This document shows positions 30,101-39,886 of a DNA stretch of 64,000 nt, one piece after another. The DNA lies in assembly GCA_965215005.1 (NCBI GenBank), contig CBDCCZ010000003.1, forward strand, positions 160,001 to 224,000. The letters run 5' to 3'. The notes under the pieces are model-generated. The model searched no databases, was not told the origin of the DNA, and worked only from the letters and a program-made list of their open reading frames with translations. Made by a program: the position numbers and the translations under genes. How positions within the stretch are numbered: position 1 is the stretch's first letter; the number at the start of each line of letters is the position of its first letter. This stretch comes from Kofleriaceae bacterium (GTDB lineage Bacteria > Myxococcota_A > Polyangia > Haliangiales > Haliangiaceae).

Positions 30101-31741
30101 TCATCCTCGGGTAACGCGCATAACCTCGCGCGCGGAGGTAATGCCAGCAATGAGCTTCTTGAGCGCCTGGAACCGCATCGGCTTGAAGCCTTCACTTAAC
30201 GCATGCTCGCGGATCGCCTCGGTGGTGGCACCGCGCGAGATGAGCGCGCGCAGCGGCTCCGTCACTTCGAGTAGCTCACGCACCGCGGTCCGGCCCGAGT
30301 AGCCGGTATCGTTGCAGCGAAAGCAGCCACGCCCGCGCTTGAAGCGAATTTCGGGTGGCAGGTTCTGCAGCCCCAGCGCTTCACGCTCCTGCAGCGACGG
30401 CTCGTACTCTTCTACGCAGCCGGTGCAGACCTTGCGCAACAGCCGCTGCGCGATGACGCCTACCATGGATGGCGCGACGAGATACGGCTGCACGCCCATT
30501 TCCGTGAGCCGGGTAATCGCGCCGGGCGCATCGTTGGTGTGCAGCGACGCCAGCACGAGATGGCCCGTGAGCGCCGCTTCTGAAGCGATGACTCCAGTCT
30601 CGTGGTCGCGAATCTCGCCGATGAGAATCACGTCGGGGTCCTGGCGCAGGATCGAGCGCAGCGCCCCCGCGAAGCTCAGGCCGCGTTTGACATTGACCTG
30701 CACCTGATTGATGCCGGGCAGCTGATACTCGATGGGATCTTCGACCGAGACGATGTTGATGTCGGGCGCTCGAACCGTGTTGAGCGCGCCGTAGAGGGTG
30801 GTGCTCTTGCCACTACCGGTCGGCCCCGTGACCAAGAGCAGCCCGTATGGCGCCGTCACCATGGTCTGAAAGATCTCGAGCTGCTTCTTGTCGAATCCGA
30901 GGTCCTCGAGCGGCAAGAGGGCTTTCTTGCTGTCGAGGATGCGCATGCAGACCTTCTCACCCCAATAGGTGGGAAGAACGGAGACGCGCAGATCGATCTC
31001 GCCCTCCGCGCGCCGCATCTTGATACGGCCGTCTTGCGGCACGTAGCGCACCGAGATGTCGAGCTCCGCGAGCACCTTGATGCGCGAAACGATCGCCGGA
31101 TGCAGCTCGGCGGGGCGCGTGTCGACGTGGCGCAATCCACCATCGACGCGATAGCGGGTGACGGTCTCTTTCTCGCTGGCCTCGATGTGAATGTCGCTAG
31201 CGCCCGCTTCAACAGCGCCTGCAATGAGTCGATCGACGATTTGAGTCGCTTCTAAGAGCGCCTCTTGCGTGACGTCGACCTCTTCTTCCACGGCCACGAT
31301 CTTGGTCGCTGGCTCGTCATACAGGCGACGAATCGCGCGATCAATCTCCAGCGGCGAAGCCAAGAGAATCGAGACGCTGCGCTTGAGCTCGGCCCCAATC
31401 CAGTCAAAGACCTCGAGCTGGGTCGGGTCTGCGGTGGCGATGGAGACCTCGCTGCCGTCGAGATAGGTGGGCACCAAGCGATGGCGTTCCGCTAGATGCC
31501 GCGGCAACAGAGTCGCGAGCTCGACGGCAATCTCGACACCATCGAGCTCGAGGCGCGCTACGTTGAAGCGCCGAGCCACCACCTCGAGCAGATCATCGAC
31601 GCTGGCGAAACCTGCAGCCGACAAACTGGCCTCGGAGAGGCGGCGCTGCTTGAGCAGCTCGAGCGCGGCGCGGTCGCGATTGGCTGCTGCGGTCGGTGCT
31701 GGCGTCGAGGCCTTCGCAGTGCCGGAAAACCGCAGGTTCAA
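30101..31741 (-). CDS. GspE/PulE/PilB family secretion or pilus-assembly ATPase
   Basis: T2SSE_N-like domain, ASDIHIE, PQDGR, GPTGSGKS, LRQDPDVILIGEIRD, LHTNDA, CxxC...CxxC. Confidence 0.93.
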   Translation of the reverse strand: MNLRFSGTAKASTPAPTAAANRDRAALELLKQRRLSEASLSAAGFASVDDLLEVVARRFNVARLELDGVEIAVELATLLPRHLAERHRLVPTYLDGSEVSIATADPTQLEVFDWIGAELKRSVSILLASPLEIDRAIRRLYDEPATKIVAVEEEVDVTQEALLEATQIVDRLIAGAVEAGASDIHIEASEKETVTRYRVDGGLRHVDTRPAELHPAIVSRIKVLAELDISVRYVPQDGRIKMRRAEGEIDLRVSVLPTYWGEKVCMRILDSKKALLPLEDLGFDKKQLEIFQTMVTAPYGLLLVTGPTGSGKSTTLYGALNTVRAPDINIVSVEDPIEYQLPGINQVQVNVKRGLSFAGALRSILRQDPDVILIGEIRDHETGVIASEAALTGHLVLASLHTNDAPGAITRLTEMGVQPYLVAPSMVGVIAQRLLRKVCTGCVEEYEPSLQEREALGLQNLPPEIRFKRGRGCFRCNDTGYSGRTAVRELLEVTEPLRALISRGATTEAIREHALSEGFKPMRFQALKKLIAGITSAREVMRVTRG

Positions 31742-32193
31742 AAGCCATCTCCGAACAACCGATCGAGATCATCCTGAGTCACGCGGCCTTGCGGCAGCGC
31801 CACCTCGTTCTCCGGCTCGTCGGCGTCTTCGAGGAGTTGGGCGATTTCGGCAGCATCGACCACCTCGATTTCTTGACTAATGCGAGGCGTCTTGCTGCTA
31901 ACGGCCGGCTCTGCGGGTTCTTGCGGTCTTGGCTCAGGCGCCGGTGCCACGGCGACTGGCGCTGGCAAGGGAGCCGGAGCGATGGGCGCCGGAGCGATGG
32001 GCCTAGCCATTGGACGCGCCGCGCGGGGCGCGTGCGCCGCGGCGACGAGCTCTGCGCCGCAGCCGCCACAGTAGTGATCGCGGGCTTCGTTGGCGAAGGC
32101 ACACCCGCCGCATACCTGGCGCAAGGATGAGCCGCAGTCGCCACAGTAGCGGCGACGGTCATCATTCTCGCGACTACATTGCATGCAATTCAT
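31738..32193 (-). CDS. Double zinc-ribbon protein with Pro-rich linker and CheZ/FliM-like acidic tail
   Basis: Four CxxC pairs, AP linker, tail VDAAEIAQLL...VTQDDLDRLF; ATGA overlap with cheY. Confidence 0.8.
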   Translation of the reverse strand: MNCMQCSRENDDRRRYCGDCGSSLRQVCGGCAFANEARDHYCGGCGAELVAAAHAPRAARPMARPIAPAPIAPAPLPAPVAVAPAPEPRPQEPAEPAVSSKTPRISQEIEVVDAAEIAQLLEDADEPENEVALPQGRVTQDDLDRLFGDGF

Positions 32194-32591
32194 CGAGCCG
32201 CCTCCGACGCCGCCGCTGGGGCTTGACCAATGCGAGTGAGCAGATGGCGAATGACGCCCACGACTTTGTCGGGCTTGAACGGCTTGAGCAGGTAATGGCT
32301 CACGCCGGCCTTCTGACACGCGACGATCTTTTCGCGCACCGTGAGCGAGGTGCACATCACCACCACCGCGTCGGGATACTTCTGCAGCAGCTCGGTAGCG
32401 GCGGTGACGCCGTCTTTGCCCGGCATCACGATGTCCATCGTGACGATGGTCGGGCGATAGCGCTCATAGAGCCCCATCGCATCGTCGCCACTGCCGCCTT
32501 CGGCCACCACCTGGCAGCCAGCCTGCTCCAGGAGCGGCCGCAGAGATCGGCGCATGATGGGCGAATCGTCGATGACAACGGCGGTGGGCAT
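32190..32591 (-). CDS. cheY: CheY-like single-domain response regulator
   Basis: VIDDS, TMDIVMPGKDG, CTS, LLKP; AGGAGG RBS upstream. Confidence 0.88.
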   Translation of the reverse strand: MPTAVVIDDSPIMRRSLRPLLEQAGCQVVAEGGSGDDAMGLYERYRPTIVTMDIVMPGKDGVTAATELLQKYPDAVVVMCTSLTVREKIVACQKAGVSHYLLKPFKPDKVVGVIRHLLTRIGQAPAAASEAAR

Positions 32592-32707
32592 GGATCGAAG
32601 TACCTCCTGAGCACTCGCAACGCGAGAAGGCGCGTGGCTCGCATGGAGGAATCGGTCGTTTGCCGCGTAGGTTTAGCGCCGCTTTGCGATTCTCTGCGGC
32701 GTAAGCG

Positions 32708-35700
32708 CTATTGCCCGAGTCGGCGCGCGTAGGGATCGCCGTTGATGCGGCTTTGCGAGCGAAAGTCGATCCATCCGATTACAGCGGCGCGCATAAACCC
32801 ACCACCGGTGGCGCGCGTGATCACCGGACTCAGCGCCTTGCCGGCGCCTTCATCGATGCGCTGATGCGTGAAGCTCCAGCTCATTCCAGCATCGATCGAG
32901 CTGGTCGCAAACACGTGCTCGGTGGTGGTGCCTTGGCCGAGATCGCTCGTGTATGCGAGCACCACCACGTCGCCGCCGGCGTAGGCGATTGCCGGCCGCC
33001 GCGTCACGCCTACGAGCGGCATGCCCTCGGCCGAGGACGCGAGCAGCGGGTTAGCGAAGCTAGCGCCGCCGTCGGTCGAGGTACTGGTGAAGATCTGCGT
33101 CCCCTGCCGCCGGTCCTCCCATGCCACGAAGATACGGTCGTCAGCGCCGCCAGCACCCGCGGGGTCGACCGCGAGCGCTGGAGTGAACGACGCGGAGACT
33201 TCGCCGGCCGGATCATCGAGAACGCGCTCACTGCCAAAGCTTGCGCCGGCATCCGTGGAGCGTACGAACATCGCATCGGAGCCGCCCCCCTGCTGCCGCG
33301 CCAGGTCCTGCCACACCACGTAAACGCGATTGCCGGTGACGTTCATCTTGGGAAAGTCACTGTTGCGATTATCGCCCGCGTCGCCGTCGAGCCGGCGCTC
33401 GTTGGCCGCAGGGATGGCGGCCGTTGCGCTGTCGGAGAACGCGGCGTAGACGTTGGGAGTTGCGCCGCCGCGCGCCTCCCGCCAAACCCAAATGAAGCGC
33501 CCGCCGCTGGTGATACCAACCTGCGGCCTGCCAGCCAGCGGCGATGCACCACTGCCGACGTTGATGGTTCGCGCCGCCGCGTAGGTCGCGCCGCTATCGG
33601 TGGAAACGCGGCTCACGATGTTGCGCGTGAGCGTACCGGTGTTCAGCGCCTCCCACACGATAGCCACGGTGGCGCCGTCAGCGCTGATTGCAAGCTCGTG
33701 ATGGAACGCATCGACGGGACCGTCGAGCGCCGCGGTCGGAGCCGAAAAGCTGCTGCCGTTGTCACTCGAGGTTTGCACGCGTATATCGCGGACGCCGCCG
33801 TTGACGCTTTGGTAGGCAATGTAGATGCGATCGCTGCCCGCCGCCGGCGCCACCGCGATGCGCGGCTGTACCGCGGCGTTGTTGACGCTGGAGGTGAGGT
33901 TGATGATGTCGCCCCAGCTGGCGCCGCCGTCGGTGGAGCGGCGAAAGAAGATGTCGCTGGTGCCATTGGTGAGATCCGACCAAACCGCATACACGCGTTG
34001 GCCGACGGGCGAGCCACCGGAGGCCAAGGTCAAGTCGAAGCTATGGCGTGCCCCCGCAGCGGTGCCGAGCGCGCCGCCGGCCGCATCGAGTCGAACCTCG
34101 CCCGCAACGGTCGTGCAGCCTTCGCCGGCGTCGCCCTGACCATCACAGTCGCTGTCGGCGCCGTCGCCACAGATGTCGACCTCATCGACGATTTGCCCAC
34201 GGCAGACGCCGTAGACGCCAAAGGTGCAGGTTTGATTGCCGCTTACGCACTCGCCGATGCCAGCGGTTCCAGGGGTGCCGTCGTAGCAAGCGCGAACCAG
34301 GGGGCCACCAGCGGCGGCTTCGTCGATGGTGGCGTCGCAGTCGTCATCGCGGTTGTTGCAAGCTTCGGCCCGCGGAAGCGTCTGACCGACGCACGCGCCT
34401 TCAAAGCGGCCAGCGATGCACGCTTGCTCACCACCGCGGCACTCGCCCACTCCTTCGGTGCCGGCGGCGCCGGTGTAGCAAGCGCGAGTCACCCCCTCGT
34501 CGGCGGAGCCATCGCAGTCATCATCGACTGCATTGCAGACCTCGCTCGTTGGTCCCGGCGCGCCCATGCAGACCAGCCCGCCGCGAGAGCAAATGAGCTG
34601 GCCGCTGTTGGTGCACGCACCGGTTGCCACCCCACCCGGCGCGCTGTTGCACGCGCCCCCGGTATCGACGAGATTGTCATCAGCGACGCCATTGCAGTCG
34701 TTGTCGATCGAGTCGCAAATTTCGACTCCGGCGTTGGAGATGTTGCACGCGTACTCACACCCGTCGACGCTGCGGCCGTTGGCGTCATGAAAGCCGGGAT
34801 TGCAGTCGCGCGCTGGATCGAACGTGCAAGCGCCTGCGACGCAAGATGGGCTCGCGTTGGCAAATCGGCACACGGCTCCGCATTGCCCGCAGTTGCGGAC
34901 ATCGGTTTGGAGATCGAAGGCTTCATCGACGGCGCCATCGCAGTCGTTATCGACCAAGTCACACGCCTCTTGTCCGCCATTGGACGCGCTGCAGCGATAC
35001 TCACAGCCGTTGGCTTGCTGGCCGTCGATGTCGAAGAACCCCGGATTGCAGTCGGTTTGGCCATCGAAGGCGCAGACGCCCGCTCGGCATTCCGCGCCGG
35101 TTACTTGAAAGAATCCGCAGACCCGGCCGCACTGACCACAGTTGTTCTCATCGCCTTGCAAGTCAAACGCCTCATCGAGCTCGCCATCGCAGTCGTTGTC
35201 GATGCCATCGCAGGCTTCTTCCCCGGCGTTGGAGACAAAGCAGCGGTACTCGCAGCCGTTCGAGCTCTCATACGCGCCGGCGGTATCGCCATCGAGATCG
35301 ATGTTGCCGGGAAAACAACCGACGAGCTCACAAGCACCCTCGTTGCAAGTGCTGATGGCGCCGCTTCGATCGCAGAGGTTGCCGCAAGCGCCGCAGTGGC
35401 GAACATCGGCGGTTAAGTCGAAGGCTTCGTCGATCTGGCCGTCGCAGTCGTTGTCGAGCTCGTCGCACGCCTCGGGGAACACCACGCCGCGATCGCAATC
35501 TGCGATGCTGGCGTCGCCGCCGGCTCCTGCGTCGCCGCCCGAGCTCGTCCCACTATCGCCATTGCCAGCACCAGCGTCGCTCGAAGCGCCGGGCGCTGGA
35601 CAGTTGATGCAGTACTCGCTCACGTCGCAGCCGGAAACCAGAAGGCCGCAAACCGCGAGCATCACGAGCCAGCCGCGCCTTCGCCGCCGAGGCAGCGCCA

Positions 35701-38317
35701 AGGCCCAGAGAGCGATTCCCAGCGCCCACAGCGCACTGGGCGCACCGCCGCCAGCGCTGCAACCGCCGCCGCCCGCCGCCGTGACATATTCCGCCGGCGG
35801 CCCCGCGTCGGCAGAGTCGGGCCGGGCGAAGCAGTCGCCACCAGCACACAGCTGATCGCCTGGGCAGACGACTCCAAAGCAGGGATCTTCGACACACGCC
35901 CCCGTCTCTGGATCACAGGCCTCGTCCTCACCACACCTCACGCCCAGACACGAACTGATGACGCACTGGCCGCTCGCCCGGTCGCACACCTGGTCGATGG
36001 AGCAGTCGACGCTGCAGCCGGTCGCTTCGCACGCGCCGTCGACGCAGCGCTCCGCGACGTCGCAGTCGATTCCGGCGCAGCTGCCAACGCACTCGCCGCG
36101 ACGACAGAAGGCGTCGTCCTCGCAGCTCACCTCGAAGCACGGATCGCTCACGCAGGTGCCGGCTCGACACAGCTCATCTGCTGCGCAGATGCCGTCGACG
36201 AACTCGCAGGTGTTGGGCACGCACGCGCCATCCCGCGGCCGGCACACCAAGTCGGCCGCGCAGCTGACGCGGTCGCAAAGTGGCGTGCAGACGCCCTCGA
36301 TGCATTGGGTTGGCTCGCCGGCCTGATTGGGCACGCACGTGACGCCAAAACACGGATTCTGCACGCAGAACCCGTTTTCGCAGACGCGGCCGATAGGACA
36401 CTGGAACTCGCCCTCGGCGCACGCGGTCGCGCACTCGCCGGCCTCGCACACCCCGCCTTGGCACAAATCGCCATCGTCGATCACGCCGTCGCAGTCATCA
36501 TCTAGACCGTTGCAGATCTCGGTGCCGGCGGTGACGCCGCCAACGCACTGCAGCTCGCCAGCGATGCACGCCAGCTGCCCCGGCTCGCACACGCCGGGCC
36601 CATCGCCGCAGGTGCCACCCGCGTCTGCTGGCATTTCATCGATGATCCCATCGCAGTCATCGTCATCGCCGTTGCATAGCTCGATCGTACCGGTCACCGC
36701 GCCATCGCAGACCGGGCCGCTCGCGGTGCAAACGGTTACGCCGGGCTCGCAAATGCCGACGCTGGTACCGCAAGGCTGGCCGACATCGACGGGCGACTCA
36801 TCCACGCTTCCATCGCAGTCGTTGTCGCGGGTGTCGCAGGTTTCCGGAACCGGACCAACTTCGCCCGCGCAGTCCAAGGTGCCGCCAATGCAGATGGTCT
36901 CCCCCAGCTCACAGGTGCCGCGATCGGTGACGCCGCAGCTCTGGCCAACATCGATCGGCGCATCATCGATGACCGCATCGCAGTCGTTGTCGAGGCCATC
37001 GCAACGCTCGGGGCTCGGCCCTACGTCGCCGGTGCAGGTCGGCGCGCCGGCGACGCACGCCAGCGTGCCCGGAGAGCACTCGCCGAGGCTCGAGCCGCAG
37101 CTACCGCCAACATCAATGGGCGACTCGTCGACCATCCCATCGCAGTCGTCGTCGCTGCCGTTGCAGCGCTCGAGATTGGGGCCGGTGTCGTCGCTGCAGC
37201 TGAGCGCTCCGGCGGTGCAGACCTCAACGCCTTCCTGGCATAGGTCGGCGTCGGGGCCATCGCACGGGGCACCGGTGCCACTGGGGTTGTCGTCGATGGC
37301 ATTGTTGCAGTTGTTGTCGAGGCCATCACAAACCTCCGGTGACGGCGCCACTACCGAGGCGCACTGCAGCTCTGCTTGCTGGCAAATGGTCTCGCCGGCG
37401 CGGCATTCGCCAAATACGGCACCGTCGGAACAGGTTAGGTCGACGTTATCGCACTGACACGGCTCGCCCTCGCCGGTGAGGTCGGGGTCATCGACATCGA
37501 CCAAGTCATCGCAGTCGTTGTCGATGCCGTCGCAGACTTCGACCGTGGGCACGCACGGCGGCGTGAGACCATCGACGCCGATCATCATGTCTTCGAAGTC
37601 GTTGTCGCCGCCGCGAAACAGATCTTCGAAGCCAAAGTAAAATGTATCGGCGTCGAGCGCCGAGCTGTAGACGAGGTGGTGAACGAAGTCGCCATCGTCA
37701 TTAAGATCTTTTTGCGTAAAGTAGATCCGCCCAAAGAAAACATCCGCGCGGGTGAGATAATCGGCATCGCCGCAGCGGCCGCCGTTGCCCTCGGGTGTGA
37801 TGAGATAGAAGCCGATGAAGCCGCCGTCGTATCGGCCAGCGGCTTGCTCCGCCGCGAAGTCGACGGTGATCATCGCGGGAGGCTCGGCGTTGCGAACGTA
37901 CTGCGCGGGATTGCCGTGCTGATGGTCGGCGTGCGCCGCGGGATTGGCGGGATCATAGGCGTGGTTCTGCATCGGCGTCCCGCAGCCGAGAATGGGATGC
38001 AGGTTGCTGGCGCGCCCGACGAGGCTGCTCACGTCATCGCCGACGTTGTACCAACCAAAGCTGTTCTCGAAGCCAGCGCCTTCGGCGTGGTCGCGGAAGA
38101 CCACCGGCTGGGCGACGTTGGGCAAGAAGACCTCGGGCAACTCGGCAGCGTCTAGGCGAGCGTTCAACGGCTCGCCTAAAGAGTTGAGTACCGCTTGCAA
38201 GCGGTTGCCGACTGGAATGATGGTGCCGTCGACTTGCGTGATAGTGGCGTGCGCTGCGCTCAGACCGATAACGATCGAGCCCAGCGACGCGAGCGCCGCG
38301 TGCCTGCGTGTCCCCAC
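32708..38317 (-). CDS. Giant Cys-rich surface protein: DUF4114-like, 7 MopE-type repeats, internal MYXO-CTERM, lipobox, 7 more repeats, BNR propeller
   Basis: GFEDLFRGGDNDFED; 14 ExC(D/N)xxD(N/D)DCDGxxD(E/D) repeats (last degenerate); six SxDxGxx(W/F/Y) Asp boxes; start 38317 or 38353. Confidence 0.85.
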   Translation of the reverse strand: MGTRRHAALASLGSIVIGLSAAHATITQVDGTIIPVGNRLQAVLNSLGEPLNARLDAAELPEVFLPNVAQPVVFRDHAEGAGFENSFGWYNVGDDVSSLVGRASNLHPILGCGTPMQNHAYDPANPAAHADHQHGNPAQYVRNAEPPAMITVDFAAEQAAGRYDGGFIGFYLITPEGNGGRCGDADYLTRADVFFGRIYFTQKDLNDDGDFVHHLVYSSALDADTFYFGFEDLFRGGDNDFEDMMIGVDGLTPPCVPTVEVCDGIDNDCDDLVDVDDPDLTGEGEPCQCDNVDLTCSDGAVFGECRAGETICQQAELQCASVVAPSPEVCDGLDNNCNNAIDDNPSGTGAPCDGPDADLCQEGVEVCTAGALSCSDDTGPNLERCNGSDDDCDGMVDESPIDVGGSCGSSLGECSPGTLACVAGAPTCTGDVGPSPERCDGLDNDCDAVIDDAPIDVGQSCGVTDRGTCELGETICIGGTLDCAGEVGPVPETCDTRDNDCDGSVDESPVDVGQPCGTSVGICEPGVTVCTASGPVCDGAVTGTIELCNGDDDDCDGIIDEMPADAGGTCGDGPGVCEPGQLACIAGELQCVGGVTAGTEICNGLDDDCDGVIDDGDLCQGGVCEAGECATACAEGEFQCPIGRVCENGFCVQNPCFGVTCVPNQAGEPTQCIEGVCTPLCDRVSCAADLVCRPRDGACVPNTCEFVDGICAADELCRAGTCVSDPCFEVSCEDDAFCRRGECVGSCAGIDCDVAERCVDGACEATGCSVDCSIDQVCDRASGQCVISSCLGVRCGEDEACDPETGACVEDPCFGVVCPGDQLCAGGDCFARPDSADAGPPAEYVTAAGGGGCSAGGGAPSALWALGIALWALALPRRRRRGWLVMLAVCGLLVSGCDVSEYCINCPAPGASSDAGAGNGDSGTSSGGDAGAGGDASIADCDRGVVFPEACDELDNDCDGQIDEAFDLTADVRHCGACGNLCDRSGAISTCNEGACELVGCFPGNIDLDGDTAGAYESSNGCEYRCFVSNAGEEACDGIDNDCDGELDEAFDLQGDENNCGQCGRVCGFFQVTGAECRAGVCAFDGQTDCNPGFFDIDGQQANGCEYRCSASNGGQEACDLVDNDCDGAVDEAFDLQTDVRNCGQCGAVCRFANASPSCVAGACTFDPARDCNPGFHDANGRSVDGCEYACNISNAGVEICDSIDNDCNGVADDNLVDTGGACNSAPGGVATGACTNSGQLICSRGGLVCMGAPGPTSEVCNAVDDDCDGSADEGVTRACYTGAAGTEGVGECRGGEQACIAGRFEGACVGQTLPRAEACNNRDDDCDATIDEAAAGGPLVRACYDGTPGTAGIGECVSGNQTCTFGVYGVCRGQIVDEVDICGDGADSDCDGQGDAGEGCTTVAGEVRLDAAGGALGTAAGARHSFDLTLASGGSPVGQRVYAVWSDLTNGTSDIFFRRSTDGGASWGDIINLTSSVNNAAVQPRIAVAPAAGSDRIYIAYQSVNGGVRDIRVQTSSDNGSSFSAPTAALDGPVDAFHHELAISADGATVAIVWEALNTGTLTRNIVSRVSTDSGATYAAARTINVGSGASPLAGRPQVGITSGGRFIWVWREARGGATPNVYAAFSDSATAAIPAANERRLDGDAGDNRNSDFPKMNVTGNRVYVVWQDLARQQGGGSDAMFVRSTDAGASFGSERVLDDPAGEVSASFTPALAVDPAGAGGADDRIFVAWEDRRQGTQIFTSTSTDGGASFANPLLASSAEGMPLVGVTRRPAIAYAGGDVVVLAYTSDLGQGTTTEHVFATSSIDAGMSWSFTHQRIDEGAGKALSPVITRATGGGFMRAAVIGWIDFRSQSRINGDPYARRLGQ

Positions 38318-38402
38318 CCGCGCAGGATACGACGTCGCGACCACTGGCCTCAATGCGCAGGGCGCACTCGCTGCGCGCTGCCGCGTTCACCACGCTCCCG
38401 CG

Positions 38403-39578
38403 TCAGTAGCCGATGCCGGTGGTGGCGGCCTGCTCGCGCAGCATCTCGACCACGTTGCCATCGAAGCTGTCGCCGCCATCATTGGCCTCTTCGGCTTCGA
38501 CGTGCGCGTCTCGCTTGGCGCTCAGCTCTTCGATGCGACCCGTGAGGGCGGCGCGTTTAGCCGCTTTCTCCGCAATCCAAGCGCGCTTTTCGCTCGCGCT
38601 TTTGCTGGCCAGCTCGGCTGGCAGCGCGGTGGCCGGCAAGGATTCCACCGCAACGCGGCCACGGCGCGTGTCGTAGAGGAGATCCTTGCTGCCGACATAT
38701 CCGCCCTTCTTGGCGGCAAACGAAGCCGCATCCGCCGCCGCCGGAGCCGCCATGGCTTTGCGTGCTTCGCGCGCTCCCTCGGCGCGGCGTCGATCGTCGG
38801 CGGCACCATAGGTCACAGCGGTATCTGCGAGCTCGACGCCAAGGCGTGCAAGCTCCTCATCGTAGGGCGTGGCAACGGCGATGGCGCCGCCATCGTGCGC
38901 GATCGACGCAAACTTGCCGCCACCCGCTTCGGCAATCGCTCTCCAAGCGAGCTCGGTGAGCGCATCGCCTCCGCAGCGCAGCGTGTTGATAACGATGTTG
39001 TGTTGTCGTGCAAGCACCGCCAGCTCGCGACTGGTCGGTACATCGTCGTAGTCATCGTGAGGCGGCGCATCGCCCACCAAGAAGATCAGCTTGAGCGTGT
39101 TGCCGTCGCGCCATTGCATGCCGTGGATTGCGTCGTAAAGGCCGCGATTGACGTGCTCGGGGCCATCGCCGCCGCCGCCCGCCGCGAGACCCGAGAGCTG
39201 TTGATAGACCTCGCCGGGATCTTCGCTGAGCGCCACCGTGCGGGTGATGTAGTCATCGCCCTTGTCGCGGAATGCCACCAGGCCGAAGCGAACATCGGGC
39301 TCGGGCTGACCCGCGGCGATCTTGTTGGCAACCGACCAGACTTTGCGCTTGGCGCTGTCGATGAGGCCACTCATGCTCGCGGTGGTATCCAGCACGAACA
39401 CCACGTCGACCTGCGGGGCAGGCGCCTTCGGTTTGACGGCGGCAAGCAGCCGAGGCGCAACGGCGACATCGGAGAGGGCTATGCGCTGGGGCTGGGGCTC
39501 TGCGGCCAAGACTAGGACCGTGACCGCGGCGGAAACGAAAATGACGCTGATGAGAGCGAGGCCTCGATGGGTGTGCAC
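38403..39578 (-). CDS. Secreted VWA domain protein
   Basis: Signal/TM, DVVFVLDTTASM, GLVAFRD, GGGDGPE, LVGDAPPH; GAGG RBS before GTG 39578. Confidence 0.85.
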   Translation of the reverse strand: MHTHRGLALISVIFVSAAVTVLVLAAEPQPQRIALSDVAVAPRLLAAVKPKAPAPQVDVVFVLDTTASMSGLIDSAKRKVWSVANKIAAGQPEPDVRFGLVAFRDKGDDYITRTVALSEDPGEVYQQLSGLAAGGGGDGPEHVNRGLYDAIHGMQWRDGNTLKLIFLVGDAPPHDDYDDVPTSRELAVLARQHNIVINTLRCGGDALTELAWRAIAEAGGGKFASIAHDGGAIAVATPYDEELARLGVELADTAVTYGAADDRRRAEGAREARKAMAAPAAADAASFAAKKGGYVGSKDLLYDTRRGRVAVESLPATALPAELASKSASEKRAWIAEKAAKRAALTGRIEELSAKRDAHVEAEEANDGGDSFDGNVVEMLREQAATTGIGY

Positions 39579-39689
39579 TGGTTCCTCACAGGTTTGAGTG
39601 GGGTTTGGGTGTGAGGAGTGCAACGCGTGGGCAAGCCACAAGATCTGCCATGGCTCGATCCGGCTTCTGTATTGCTCGGCTCGCGACGC

Positions 39690-39695
39690 TATAAT
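39690..39695 (+). promoter_or_regulatory. Consensus -10 box, probably leaderless transcript
   Basis: TATAAT 6 nt before ATG 39702; no SD. Confidence 0.5.
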
Positions 39696-39701
39696 CGCGA
39701 G

Positions 39702-39878
39702 ATGGCGACTTGCAAAGCATGCGATGACGAGGTCGACACTCTAGTAACCGTGAAGGTGGGCAAACGGAGCCAGAAGGTCTGCGAAGACTGCGCCGACCGC
39801 ATGCGCGAAGCTGCCGAGCTCGCCGAAGAAGGCGAAGCGGCGATGCAGACCATGATGGGTTTCAAGGGCCGCTGGTAG
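39702..39878 (+). CDS. Small Zn-ribbon protein (58 aa)
   Basis: CKAC...CEDC then helical tail; fills intergenic gap; -10 box upstream. Confidence 0.75.
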   Translation: MATCKACDDEVDTLVTVKVGKRSQKVCEDCADRMREAAELAEEGEAAMQTMMGFKGRW

Positions 39879-39886
39879 CGCTGCTA

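Noticed and set aside
32711..35416. 901-aa plus-strand ORF
   Set aside because: Codon-register antisense shadow of the Cys-repeat gene, with no recognisable motifs; expected at high GC.
34100..37560. Regularly spaced tcgcagtcgttgtcga-like repeats resembling a CRISPR array
   Set aside because: These are coding repeats (DNDCD motifs), degenerate at wobble positions, with long variable spacing and no cas genes.
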